A DNA stretch of 29,405 bases from the NCBI GenBank assembly GCA_964016885.1, contig CAXHJY010000771.1, positions 1 through 29,405 on the forward strand, given 5' to 3'. A program made the translations under genes and the position numbers. The notes under the pieces were generated by a model. That model ran no database searches. It saw only the letters and a program-made list of their open reading frames with translations, and was not told the DNA's origin. Below, in pieces: positions 1-11,703 of this stretch. The stretch's first letter is position 1, and each line of letters begins with the position of its first letter. Origin of the DNA: Eledone cirrhosa. Taxonomy: Eukaryota.

Positions 1-1281
<1,281 letters not shown>

Positions 1282-1329
1282 CATAAAACATGTCAAAATA
1301 AACTAGAAGAAAAGTGTACATATTTAATT

Positions 1330-1407
1330 ACCTCTACCATGGTTTAATCCGCATTTTAAGGCATCCGATAACATTGGAAATCTAGAGCTTCGGATTCTTC
1401 AGGAAGT
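1330..1407 (-). ncRNA. Type I hammerhead ribozyme motif, family A (degenerate: GAAA to UAAA)
   Basis: Minus strand: ACUUC-CUGAAGA-AUCCG...CGGAU-UAAA-CCAUGG-UA-GAGGU. Stem I ACUUC/GAGGU, palindromic stem III ACCAUGGU, GUA triplet. Confidence 0.65.
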
Positions 1408-1879
1408 TAGCTCAAATTTAGACAATTAATTTTCCAAAGTGATCGCGCCAAGAATACATCCAAAAATGGTTAAGAATCGTGACGTGGCAGCGGTCAAGTT
1501 AGAAAGGATGTGATTAGTTGCTTACGGCAGGTAGGCTTTTTGCTAGAAAGCGCAGGCCAATACAGCCAAAATTGTATCTCAACCTAACGGGATATTATTT
1601 TATATAGAGGTTTACATATATATATAAAGTCATAAATATATATGTGTTTTGCATCGAGTCACTTTGTGGCTCAATGAAGAATTAATAAATTAAATAATCA
1701 GAGCTACATATCATAAAACATGTCTATAGAATCGCGCTTTCTAGCAAAAAGACTACCAGCCGTAAGCAACTAATCACATCCTTTCTAACTTGACCGCTGC
1801 CACGTCACGATTCTTAGCCATTTTTTAATGTATTCTTGGCGCGATCACTTTGGAAAATTAATTGTCTAAATTTGAGCTA

Positions 1880-1957
1880 ACTTCCTGAAGAGTTCGAAGC
1901 TCTAGATTTCCAATGTTATCGGATGCCTTAAAATGCAGATGAAACCATGGTGGAGGA
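1880..1957 (+). ncRNA. Type I hammerhead ribozyme motif, family A (degenerate: GUG at the cleavage triplet, stem II mutated)
   Basis: acttc-ctgaaga-gttcg...cagat-gaaa-ccatgg-tg-gagg; mirror of 1330-1407 with different lesions. Confidence 0.6.
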
Positions 1958-2081
1958 AATTAAAAATGTACACTTTTCTTCTAGTTTATTTTACACCTAA
2001 TTCTGTTTAGTTGACTGTATATCTGGTCGATTTATACATGCAAAACACATATATATTTATGACTTTATACATATATATGTA

Positions 2082-2084
<3 letters not shown>

Positions 2085-2174
<90 letters not shown>
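2085..2174. repeat. Compound (CT)n(TA)n microsatellite
   Basis: Direct reading. Confidence 0.95.
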
Positions 2175-2177
<3 letters not shown>

Positions 2178-2285
2178 TAGTTGACTGTATATCTGGTCGA
2201 TTTATACATGGTGTAGAAATATTCGATAAATAATCCATCGTAGCCGCCGCGAAGGGGCTGCTTTCGGTTATTTATCGGAGATTTC

Positions 2286-2341
<56 letters not shown>

Positions 2342-2626
2342 CAAATAACGAAACGAAATTAAATTTCGTTTCGCTTCTAACTCACTTTTGTATGACTGAC
2401 GCTTAAACAATTAAGTTAAAGTGTACATCTATATATGTATACGGAAGTATTAGTATGCATATAAATACACACATGTATACATATGTACATGTACTGAGTT
2501 TTTCACTAGACACTTTACAGTGAGTGTCAGCTAGTCTGTATGTAACCACACAGACGGACCGGGTTTTAGAGTCATACGAGTTTTCAAGGAAACACATTTC
2601 CTCTATTCTACAGAGGGCCAGACAGG

Positions 2627-2671
2627 AATATTGGACTAGTTTCGATGTTATTACATCTCATCAGCAATATT
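2627..2671 (-). ncRNA. Type I hammerhead ribozyme, family B (intact consensus)
   Basis: AAUAUUG-CUGAUGA-GAUGU aaua ACAUC-GAAA-CUAG-UC^-CAAUAUU. 7-bp stem I, 5-bp stem II, palindromic ACUAGU stem III, GUC site. Confidence 0.92.
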
Positions 2672-3095
2672 TACCCATCTTCCGGCTTCTCTGGAGAATT
2701 GTAAAAGCACATATCGTTATATGCTTTTCCTATGAAAATTAGTAGTGGGTAGACTAACTTGCATAGAACGTGAGTCATTGTACGCACCGGTTCAGCGGAA
2801 ACGATAAAAACAAATAACGAAACGAAATTAAATTTCGTTTCGCTTCTAACTCACTTTTGTATGACTGACGCTTAAACAATTAAGTTAAAGTGTACATCTA
2901 CATATGTATACGGAAGTATTAGTATGCATATAAATACACACATGTATACATATGTACATGTACTGAGTTTTTCACTAGACACTTTACAGTGAGTGTCAGC
3001 TAGTCTGTATGTAACCACACAGACGGACCGGGTTTTAGAGTCATACGAGTTTTCAAGGAAACACATTTCCTCTATTCTCCAGAGGGCCAGACAGG

Positions 3096-3140
3096 AATAT
3101 TGGACTAGTTTCCATGTTATTACATCTCATCAGCAATATT
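3096..3140 (-). ncRNA. Hammerhead family B, variant with a G-G mismatch at the base of stem II
   Basis: Same as 2627-2671 except ACAUC is ACAUG (plus strand tttccatg). Confidence 0.8.
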
Positions 3141-3564
3141 TACCCATCTTCCGGCTTCTCTGGAGAATTGTAAAAGCACATATCGTTATATGCTTTTTCT
3201 ATGAAAATTAGTAGTGGGTAGACTAACTTGCATAGAACGTGAGTCATTGTACGCACCGGTTCAGCGGAAACGATAAAAACAAATAACGAAACGAAATTAA
3301 ATTTCGTTTCGCTTCTAACTCACTTTTGTATGACTGACGCTTAAACAATTAAGTTAAAGTGTACATCTACATATGTATACGGAAGTATTAGTATGCATAT
3401 AAATACACACATGTATACATATGTACATGTACTGAGTTTTTCACTAGACACTTTACAGTGAGTGTCAGCTAGTCTGTATGTAACCACACAGACGGACCGG
3501 GTTTTAGAGTCATACGAGTTTTCAAGGAAACACATTTCCTCTATTCTCCAGAGGGCCAGACAGG

Positions 3565-3609
3565 AATATTGGACTAGTTTCCATGTTATTACATCTCATC
3601 AGCAATATT
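3565..3609 (-). ncRNA. Hammerhead family B, variant with a G-G mismatch at the base of stem II
   Basis: Identical to 3096-3140. Confidence 0.8.
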
Positions 3610-3955
3610 TACCCATCTTCCGGCTTCTCTGGAGAATTGTAAAAGCACATATCGTTATATGCTTTTTCTATGAAAATTAGTAGTGGGTAGACTAACTTGC
3701 ATAGAACGTGAGTCATTGTACGCACCGGTTCAGCGGAAACGATAAAAACAAATAACGAAACGAAATTAAATTTCGTTTCGCTTCTAACTCACTTTTGTAT
3801 GACTGACGCTTAAACAATTAAGTTAAAGTGTACATCTACATATGTATACGGAAGTATTAGTATGCATATAAATACACACATGTATACATATGTACATGTA
3901 CTGAGTTTTTCACTAGACACTTTACAGTGAGTGTCAGCTAGTCTGTATGTAACCA

Positions 3956-3992
3956 TGATGAGATGTAATAACATCGAAACTAGTCCAATATT
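3956..3992 (+). ncRNA. 5'-truncated hammerhead family B at the inversion junction
   Basis: Starts at tgatgagatgtaataacatcgaaactagtccaatatt; lacks C3 and the 5' strand of stem I. Confidence 0.8.
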
Positions 3993-4416
3993 CCTGTCTG
4001 GCCCTCTGGAGAATAGAGGAAATGTGTTTCCTTGAAAACTCGTATGACTCTAAAACCCGGTCCGTCTGTGTGGTTACATACAGACTAGCTGACACTCACT
4101 GTAAAGTGTCTAGTGAAAAACTCAGTACATGTACATATGTATACATGTGTGTATTTATATGCATACTAATACTTCCGTATACATATGTAGATGTACACTT
4201 TAACTTAATTGTTTAAGCGTCAGTCATACAAAAGTGAGTTAGAAGCGAAACGAAATTTAATTTCGTTTCGTTATTTGTTTTTATCGTTTCCGCTGAACCG
4301 GTGCGTACAATGACTCACGTTCTGTGCAAGTTAGTCTACCCACTACTAATTTTCATAGAAAAAGCATATAACGATATGTGCTTTTACAATTCTCCAGAGA
4401 AGCCGGAAGATGGGTA

Positions 4417-4461
4417 AATATTGCTGATGAGATGTAATAACATCGAAACTAGTCCAATATT
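4417..4461 (+). ncRNA. Type I hammerhead ribozyme, family B (intact; predicted cleavage after C4454)
   Basis: aatattg-ctgatga-gatgt aata acatc-gaaa-ctag-tc-caatatt. Confidence 0.92.
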
Positions 4462-4676
4462 CCTGTCTGGCCCTCTGGAGAATAGAGGAAATGTGTTTCC
4501 TTGAAAACTCGTATGACTCTAAAACCCGGTCCGTCTGTGTGGTTACATACAGACTAGTTGACACTCACTGTAAAGTGTCTAGTGAAAAACTCAGTACATG
4601 TACATATGTATACATGTGTGTATTTATATGCATACTAATACTTCCGTATACATATGTAGATGTACACTTTAACTTA

Positions 4677-5146
<470 letters not shown>

Positions 5147-5167
5147 CCCACCACACGAAGACCGAAA

Positions 5168-6370
5168 ATGCCACCAAAGTCTCAACAAAACAACAACTCA
5201 CTGAACCAGGACATCTTAAATGAACTCAAAGAGATTTCCTCTAAACTCTCAATTTTGACCAACAAAGTGGACCAAATACACATCTATAAAAAAGGACCCC
5301 ACGAAGAAACAGAAAATACCCAAGAGACGAATATTACTCCAGTATTAACTAAGCTAATCGAAACCATTGAAACAGCAATGCTCCAAAAGCTTGAACAACC
5401 GTTAGAACCCAATCTACGAGATGTTCACTCAGTGAAAAACACCCTAATCAACATATGGACTCAAAAGCTCACAGCCCGCAAATTCGCCCTTTGGAATCTC
5501 CTAAAAAATAATGGCAAGGCAGACATATATGAAAAGTGGCTAAACTCTACCCCAATCATCCTCCCCAAAAAACTCCAAATAAAACCCATCCCGAATGAAC
5601 CAGAAAACCAACAAAGACTTAGGGAAAAGATGGCATTGGAAAAATTTAAAACAGAAATAGAACTGTTGCGATTAAGAGCCAACTCCAACGAAGAAAAATT
5701 CAAGTCACTCGACCAACAGATGGACACAGAAATCTCAAAGCACTCTGAAGGCCTACTCTACAAAAAAACCCTAAAACTTTGGAAAGAAAACTGTGAGGAT
5801 GAAGAACTCACATCCCTCCAGCGATGGGAAAAAAACGCCACCTGGTTCAACAACTACGAAATGGACTTCAAAAATGAACAACATACAGGTAACCCATTTT
5901 TAAAACAAACTAAAACTCACACACCACATGCACAACAAATAACAAAAAAAGTAACAAAACGTCCAACATACCCCCAGCAAAACTATAACGATAATCCCAG
6001 AAACCATAGACAAAACTATAACCCTACTAACAAAAACCAAAGATCCCCGAACACAAGGCAGGACCTGATCCGCAGATCACAACCCACACAAAACCTATTC
6101 CAAAACCGTAGACCCCTGCCCACACAGAGCCTGTTCCAAAACCATAGATCCCAACCCACACAAAGGAACCAAATCTACAACCCGGACTATCAACAAACCG
6201 AACCTCAATACGTCCGAAACTTCTATACAAGACCACACAACAACAGGGGAAATACCATTAGATATAATAATACCAATGAAAAAACATTCCAGAAAAATCA
6301 TTTTTTAGACCAAGGCTACAGGACTCACGACACCCGGTGGCACAAACCGATTTTGAAAAACCGAAAATAA
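5168..6370 (+). CDS. PLE ORF1, 400 aa: E/K/L-rich, probably helical/coiled-coil core and N/Q/R-rich low-complexity C-terminus
   Basis: Uninterrupted ATG ORF directly upstream of and overlapping the RT ORF; MPPK start; repeated SQPTQ/PTQxLFQN motifs. The coiled coil is inferred from composition. Confidence 0.8.
   Translation: MPPKSQQNNNSLNQDILNELKEISSKLSILTNKVDQIHIYKKGPHEETENTQETNITPVLTKLIETIETAMLQKLEQPLEPNLRDVHSVKNTLINIWTQKLTARKFALWNLLKNNGKADIYEKWLNSTPIILPKKLQIKPIPNEPENQQRLREKMALEKFKTEIELLRLRANSNEEKFKSLDQQMDTEISKHSEGLLYKKTLKLWKENCEDEELTSLQRWEKNATWFNNYEMDFKNEQHTGNPFLKQTKTHTPHAQQITKKVTKRPTYPQQNYNDNPRNHRQNYNPTNKNQRSPNTRQDLIRRSQPTQNLFQNRRPLPTQSLFQNHRSQPTQRNQIYNPDYQQTEPQYVRNFYTRPHNNRGNTIRYNNTNEKTFQKNHFLDQGYRTHDTRWHKPILKNRK
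6301..6341 (+). promoter_or_regulatory. Candidate -1 programmed ribosomal frameshift signal (T TTT TTA plus downstream hairpin)
   Basis: ORF1 codons caT-TTT-TTA (6299-6307). The -1 frame is open from here into the RT ORF. Possible weak stem GCUAC-A-GG/CC-G-GUGGC (6315-6341) 7 nt downstream. Confidence 0.7.
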
Positions 6371-8607
6371 TTAACATTTCAAATACAAACCTCTCAGCCC
6401 AACAAGTAAAAATTCTCTCCAAAGGTCTGAAATTCACACCAACACCACAATATCCTAACCCCAACGAGATAAATGACGATATCTCACACTTCTGTAGAAA
6501 ATTACGTCTCACAGAGGAATTCTTTGACAAGGAGAATAACGACGAATCAATTGTACGGAATAAAAGCAGCTACAACCCAACAAAAGGTAGAAACAGAGTT
6601 CTGGACAAATTTTGTGACCACATAGCTACCTTCCCATACCATGAACTACCGCAACCTAAACCCAAACCCAACACAAGTCGAAGGGAATGGGAGATTATCC
6701 ATGAACTAAAAAACAATCCGGACATTGTAATTAAGGAAGCGGACAAGGGAAGTACTGTTGTCATTATGGAGGCTGAAAAATATAAAAATTCTATGTTCTC
6801 TCTCTTACAAAATGCTAATTACTATGAAAGAGTAAAAAACTACCAGCAATCCAAAATAATGACCAAATTAAACACACTGATTTATCGATACCAGGAAGAC
6901 CTAACTAAAAAGGAACGCGATTATTTAACAAATTTTGAATACAAAACCAGCAACCTTTACGGACTTCCGAAGATCCACAAATGTAAAATAATCAACGATG
7001 CCTGTAAACAATCCACCTCAGCCTGCGTGAACACACAATACCCCACAGACCTTAAATTAAGACCAATTGTAGCGGGCCCACAATGTGAAACACACAGATT
7101 GAGCAACTTTATAGACATACTACTGAAACCAATACTGAAACACATACCAAGCCTTGTAAGAGACGATCTGGACCTCTTAAACCACCTCCCCAAACATGTC
7201 AACAACGACACTATTATTGTGTCTTTCGATGTAGTGAATCTCTACACAACGATCCCACACCAATACGGACTAGAAGCAATAGGATTCTGGCTAGAGAAAT
7301 ATCCCAATGAGATACCTGACAGAATAGAAAAAAGCTTCATCACCGAGGGATTAAAATTCATCCCACAGAACAACTTTTTTGATTTCGATGGCAATACTTA
7401 CAAGCAAATATCGGGGACTGCGATGGGCACAAAAGCCGCTCCAACTTATGCCAACTTAGTCATGGCATACTTAGAAGTCCAGATATATGAACAGTCCAAA
7501 TCAAAATACGGATTGAACTTCCACAAATATTTATCAGAGAATTGGAAACGCTACTTGGATGATTGCCTCATTCTTTGGTCCCACACACTCGACCAACTGA
7601 AGGATTTCAAAAACTTAATAAACGGCATCAATAACCACATCCAATTCACAATGGAATACAGCCAAGATCAACTCCCATTTCTGGACATCTTAATCACAAA
7701 AAAAGACACAAATATCGAAACTGACATACACTACAAACCAACAGATTCCAAACAATATCTGCTATTCACCTCCAACCATCCAAAGCACACGAAGACGAAC
7801 ATTCCTTTTAACCTAGCAAGAAGAATTTGCACAATTGTCTCCAATTATGAAACGCGAAATAAAAGACTTCAAGAATTAAAGGAAATTCTACTTGAGAGAG
7901 AGTACCCACTATTACTAATAAATAATGGAATAGAAAGGGCTAAAGCAATAGGCATTGATGAATTACGGAAACAGAAACAAATTCAAGGTACGTCCAATAT
8001 TCTATCATATATCTCAACACACAACCCAAGAAATGCGGAAGCTTACAACACTATTCACAATAACATCCCACTACTAAAACAAAACCCAAGAATGAAAAAA
8101 GCCCTTGAAACACACAAAATAATCAAAAGCAAAAGACAACCAAAATCACTGAAAACATTACTCACCAATGCCAAATTACCTACCACAAACCCACAACCAA
8201 GTATCAAAAAATGTGGTCGCTCTAATTGTGGAACCTGCACTCACCTCATTGAAGGCAACACGTATACATTTAAATCAGGACAAAATTTTACTGTAAAAAA
8301 TCACTTCACTTGCTCATCAAAAAATCTAATTTATGCCATTAAATGTAAAGGATGCAATGAAGATTATATAGGACAAACTAAACTCACACTCAGAAACAGA
8401 ATGACAGTTCATCGCCAACAATTACGAGATCCAACCACGAGACAGATACCACTAAGTGCACATCTAGACATTTGCGCAAGTAATAAGACACCCAAATTCA
8501 AAGTCTTCCCATTTTACCTTTGCGCTAACAATACAACAGAACAAATGCGAATAAATAAGGAAAATATGTTTATTCAAAAATATAGACCAACATTAAATAA
8601 GGTTTAA
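6337..8607 (+). CDS. PLE reverse transcriptase / GIY-YIG endonuclease (probably entered by frameshift at about 6301-6307 rather than from the GTG at 6337)
   Basis: LSKGLKFTP, EADKG, LYGLPKIHK, LRPIV, SFDVVNLYT, GTAMG, RYLDD, LPFLD, YKPT; Cys linker CGRSNCGTC; LIYAIKC...YIGQT...R...H; E...IQKYRPTLN. Confidence 0.96.
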   Translation: MAQTDFEKPKIINISNTNLSAQQVKILSKGLKFTPTPQYPNPNEINDDISHFCRKLRLTEEFFDKENNDESIVRNKSSYNPTKGRNRVLDKFCDHIATFPYHELPQPKPKPNTSRREWEIIHELKNNPDIVIKEADKGSTVVIMEAEKYKNSMFSLLQNANYYERVKNYQQSKIMTKLNTLIYRYQEDLTKKERDYLTNFEYKTSNLYGLPKIHKCKIINDACKQSTSACVNTQYPTDLKLRPIVAGPQCETHRLSNFIDILLKPILKHIPSLVRDDLDLLNHLPKHVNNDTIIVSFDVVNLYTTIPHQYGLEAIGFWLEKYPNEIPDRIEKSFITEGLKFIPQNNFFDFDGNTYKQISGTAMGTKAAPTYANLVMAYLEVQIYEQSKSKYGLNFHKYLSENWKRYLDDCLILWSHTLDQLKDFKNLINGINNHIQFTMEYSQDQLPFLDILITKKDTNIETDIHYKPTDSKQYLLFTSNHPKHTKTNIPFNLARRICTIVSNYETRNKRLQELKEILLEREYPLLLINNGIERAKAIGIDELRKQKQIQGTSNILSYISTHNPRNAEAYNTIHNNIPLLKQNPRMKKALETHKIIKSKRQPKSLKTLLTNAKLPTTNPQPSIKKCGRSNCGTCTHLIEGNTYTFKSGQNFTVKNHFTCSSKNLIYAIKCKGCNEDYIGQTKLTLRNRMTVHRQQLRDPTTRQIPLSAHLDICASNKTPKFKVFPFYLCANNTTEQMRINKENMFIQKYRPTLNKV

Positions 8608-8717
8608 TATACATTATGTCAACACCACTATATGACATACACACACACACATAACACCTTCTACTTTAGAAAATAAAAACCCGAACTAAATAAACCTTAA
8701 ACATACGTTTGCACTGG

Positions 8718-9079
8718 CAATACAATAGCAAACACGAAAAAGTCAGGAAAATATGTTCATTCAAAAATATTCCTACTAAAGGAATCATTTTCCTACACAC
8801 ACACATACACACACACACAATATATATATATATATATATTCTCTTCATCTTAACATGCTAACCATACTCCCACACACATAACACCCATACACACACATAA
8901 CAACCCCCACACCTACAACACCCTCCCCATTTCTACTAATAGAACCACTTTCCTACACATATATATATACACACACACAAAATATATATTCTCTCTATCT
9001 AACATACTCGCACACACACACATAACACACAACTCCCTCCCCCATCTCTACTAATAGAATCATCTTCCAATACACACAT

Positions 9080-9090
<11 letters not shown>
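8718..9090 (+). repeat. 3'UTR internal duplications (degenerate copy of the ORF2 end; three tactaa-ta/ag-gaa...acacac subrepeats)
   Basis: 8718-8771 resembles 8529-8584 (aggaaaatatgttYattcaaaaatat); subrepeats start near 8774, 8934 and 9049. Confidence 0.65.
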
Positions 9091-9112
<22 letters not shown>

Positions 9113-9623
9113 AGCACACAAATAAACACATATCTTCAGTCTCAATAGAAAATCTGAACTCTGACACCTGAACTCTGACAGCTGGCCATATTCACTGAAC
9201 CAGAACATTTCTCCCAATCCCTTTTCCCTTGACCACTATCTCTCCATTGTCATAACATTCACTATAAAGACTACAGAATAGTTTTCCAAATAAGGGCGCA
9301 AAAATGTAATGAAAACTTGTTCACGTGACAGCCAAATTTCATTTATAACCAACCAAAAAAAAGCCTTCGTGAGCCTCATTTTTTCAAGTAAAAAGAAATT
9401 CAAACACTCATATATGAAAAAACAACCTGTGACAAACCCCCCCTCTCTTATTTGAAGAACTATTGTAACGCGAACTGGCGCGAAATTTATTATAATTATT
9501 GACAAACCAATCAAATTACTTCTCGAAAAACCTGGTTTTCGAGCCACTTTTTCCATATAAAACAAGTAACATTTAGAGACCAACCAGATGTGAGAAAAAC
9601 CACAGACCCTCCATCTCAACTCA

Positions 9624-9661
9624 CCTTTTGAAAAGCAGAAGAACTGCGAAACCGGTAAAGG
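9624..9661 (+). ncRNA. Minimal type I hammerhead with compensatory U3-A8 core, family C (pLTR of the intact PLE)
   Basis: cctt-TTGAAAA-gcag aagaa ctgc-GAAA-ccgg-ta^-aagg; palindromic ACCGGU stem III; GUA site after 9657. Confidence 0.8.
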
Positions 9662-9720
9662 AACCAAATAAATATATATATTTAAAAAAAAAAATAAGAC
9701 TTCAGTTGCATTTTCGATTT

Positions 9721-9815
9721 CATCCCTTTTTCTTTATACTTCCACTCGTGTAGGACACCTCGGTTGTTTTTCATTTTGTAAAAAAAAAACAAAAAACCTC
9801 ACTTTCTAATATATA
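9721..9815 (+). repeat. 3' terminal direct repeat of the PLE
   Basis: Matches 5061-5146 and runs into (TA)n. Confidence 0.93.
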
Positions 9816-9918
9816 TATATATATATTACCCACTCTACTATTATCCACTCTACTACCTCAAGTATTGAGTACATTGGTGCGTTATGGTCCACCTGGTTCC
9901 TTACCACATTTCCTTCGT

Positions 9919-9950
<32 letters not shown>

Positions 9951-10148
9951 TATATGTATATATATATACATTTATATATATATGTATAAATTGGAATAAA
10001 TGCTCTGAAATAGCGATATATATGTGAATATAGACATAGAATATTCGAAAATATTCTGTATGTTTATAATAAACATTTTGAAGACCTAATCGCTATAGAA
10101 TAGAATACGTCACGTATTACAATTAGATTCTCGATAAAAGCAAGGGAA

Positions 10149-10191
10149 GTAATCTACGCGTTTCATTCTTTTTAGAAATCATCAGGACTAC
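10149..10191 (-). ncRNA. Type I hammerhead ribozyme, family D
   Basis: GUAGUC-CUGAUGA-U UUCU aaaa AGAA U-GAAA-CGCG-UA^-GAUUAC; palindromic ACGCGU stem III. Confidence 0.88.
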
Positions 10192-10458
10192 ATATCCAGT
10201 GCTTTTATCGAGAATGACACAGCTAGAGACTTATAGAATACTTAGCTGTGTACAGGAACTGGTTTGAAAGAGCGGTTGCCGGTCCGGCAGAAATTAGAAA
10301 TTGGAATAAATGCTCTGAAATAGCGATATATATGTGAATATAGACATAGAATATTCGAAAATATTCTGTATGTTTATAATAAACATTTTGAAGACCTAAT
10401 CGCTATAGAATAGAATACGTCACGTATTACAATTAGATTCTCGATAAAAGCAAGGGAA

Positions 10459-10501
10459 GTAATCTACGCGTTTCATTCTTTTTAGAAATCATCAGGACTA
10501 C
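10459..10501 (-). ncRNA. Type I hammerhead ribozyme, family D (second unit)
   Basis: Identical to 10149-10191. Confidence 0.88.
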
Positions 10502-10626
10502 ATATCCAGTGCTTTTATCGAGAATGACACAGCTAGAGACTTATAGAATACTTAGCTGTGTACAGGAACTGGTTTGAAAGAGCGGTTGCCGGTCCGGCAG
10601 AAATTAGAAATTGGAATAAATGCTCT

Positions 10627-11624
<998 letters not shown>

Positions 11625-11703
11625 GAAAGGAGAAGAGAGACTATGGACAGAGAAAATAACCAAGACGAACACACAGACACACAAAATAGAGTAGATAATA
11701 ACA

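Larger units (their letters stand above)
1291..1995. mobile_element. Non-coding inverted-repeat element (arms about 1291-1553 and 1734-1995) carrying an HHR in each arm; probable non-autonomous PLE derivative
   Basis: The right arm (gcgctttctagcaaaaa...ctagtttattttaca) is the reverse complement of the left arm, with scattered substitutions. Confidence 0.75.
2335..4680. mobile_element. 469-bp tandem array with one HHR per unit (retrozyme-like): about 3.5 units in minus orientation (2335-3955) joined to about 1.5 inverted units (3956-4680)
   Basis: Near-identical sequence recurs every 469 bp (e.g. ORF-track hits at 2524/2993/3462). Orientation flips at aacca|tgatgag (3955/3956). Both outer ends abut (TA)n. 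Confidence 0.9.
9988..10626 (-). mobile_element. 310-bp tandem dimer (two units plus 19 bp) with one HHR per unit (retrozyme-like)
   Basis: aaattggaataaatgctct at 9988, 10298 and 10608; units appear identical; several internal inverted repeats; flanked by (TA)n. Confidence 0.9.

Noticed and set aside
2403-4564. Repeated 64-72 aa ORFs in the 469-bp units
   Set aside because: Short, non-ATG or overlapping on both strands, with no recognisable motif; they recur only because the DNA is repeated.
2335-4680. CRISPR array or ordinary satellite interpretation
   Set aside because: No repeat-spacer structure and a eukaryotic context; the low copy number, HHR and inversion favour a retrozyme-like element.
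6337-6339. GTG as the true RT start
   Set aside because: It is an ORF-caller alternative start; the frame is open further upstream to the slippery site.
5461-8240. Antisense ORFs within the PLE (and likewise within the family 2 copies)
   Set aside because: Shadow frames of the RT ORFs with no independent support.
6337-8607. Selenocysteine-recoding (Naiad-type) PLE
   Set aside because: The endonuclease is C-terminal and the intact ORF has no in-frame TGA; no SECIS was recognised.
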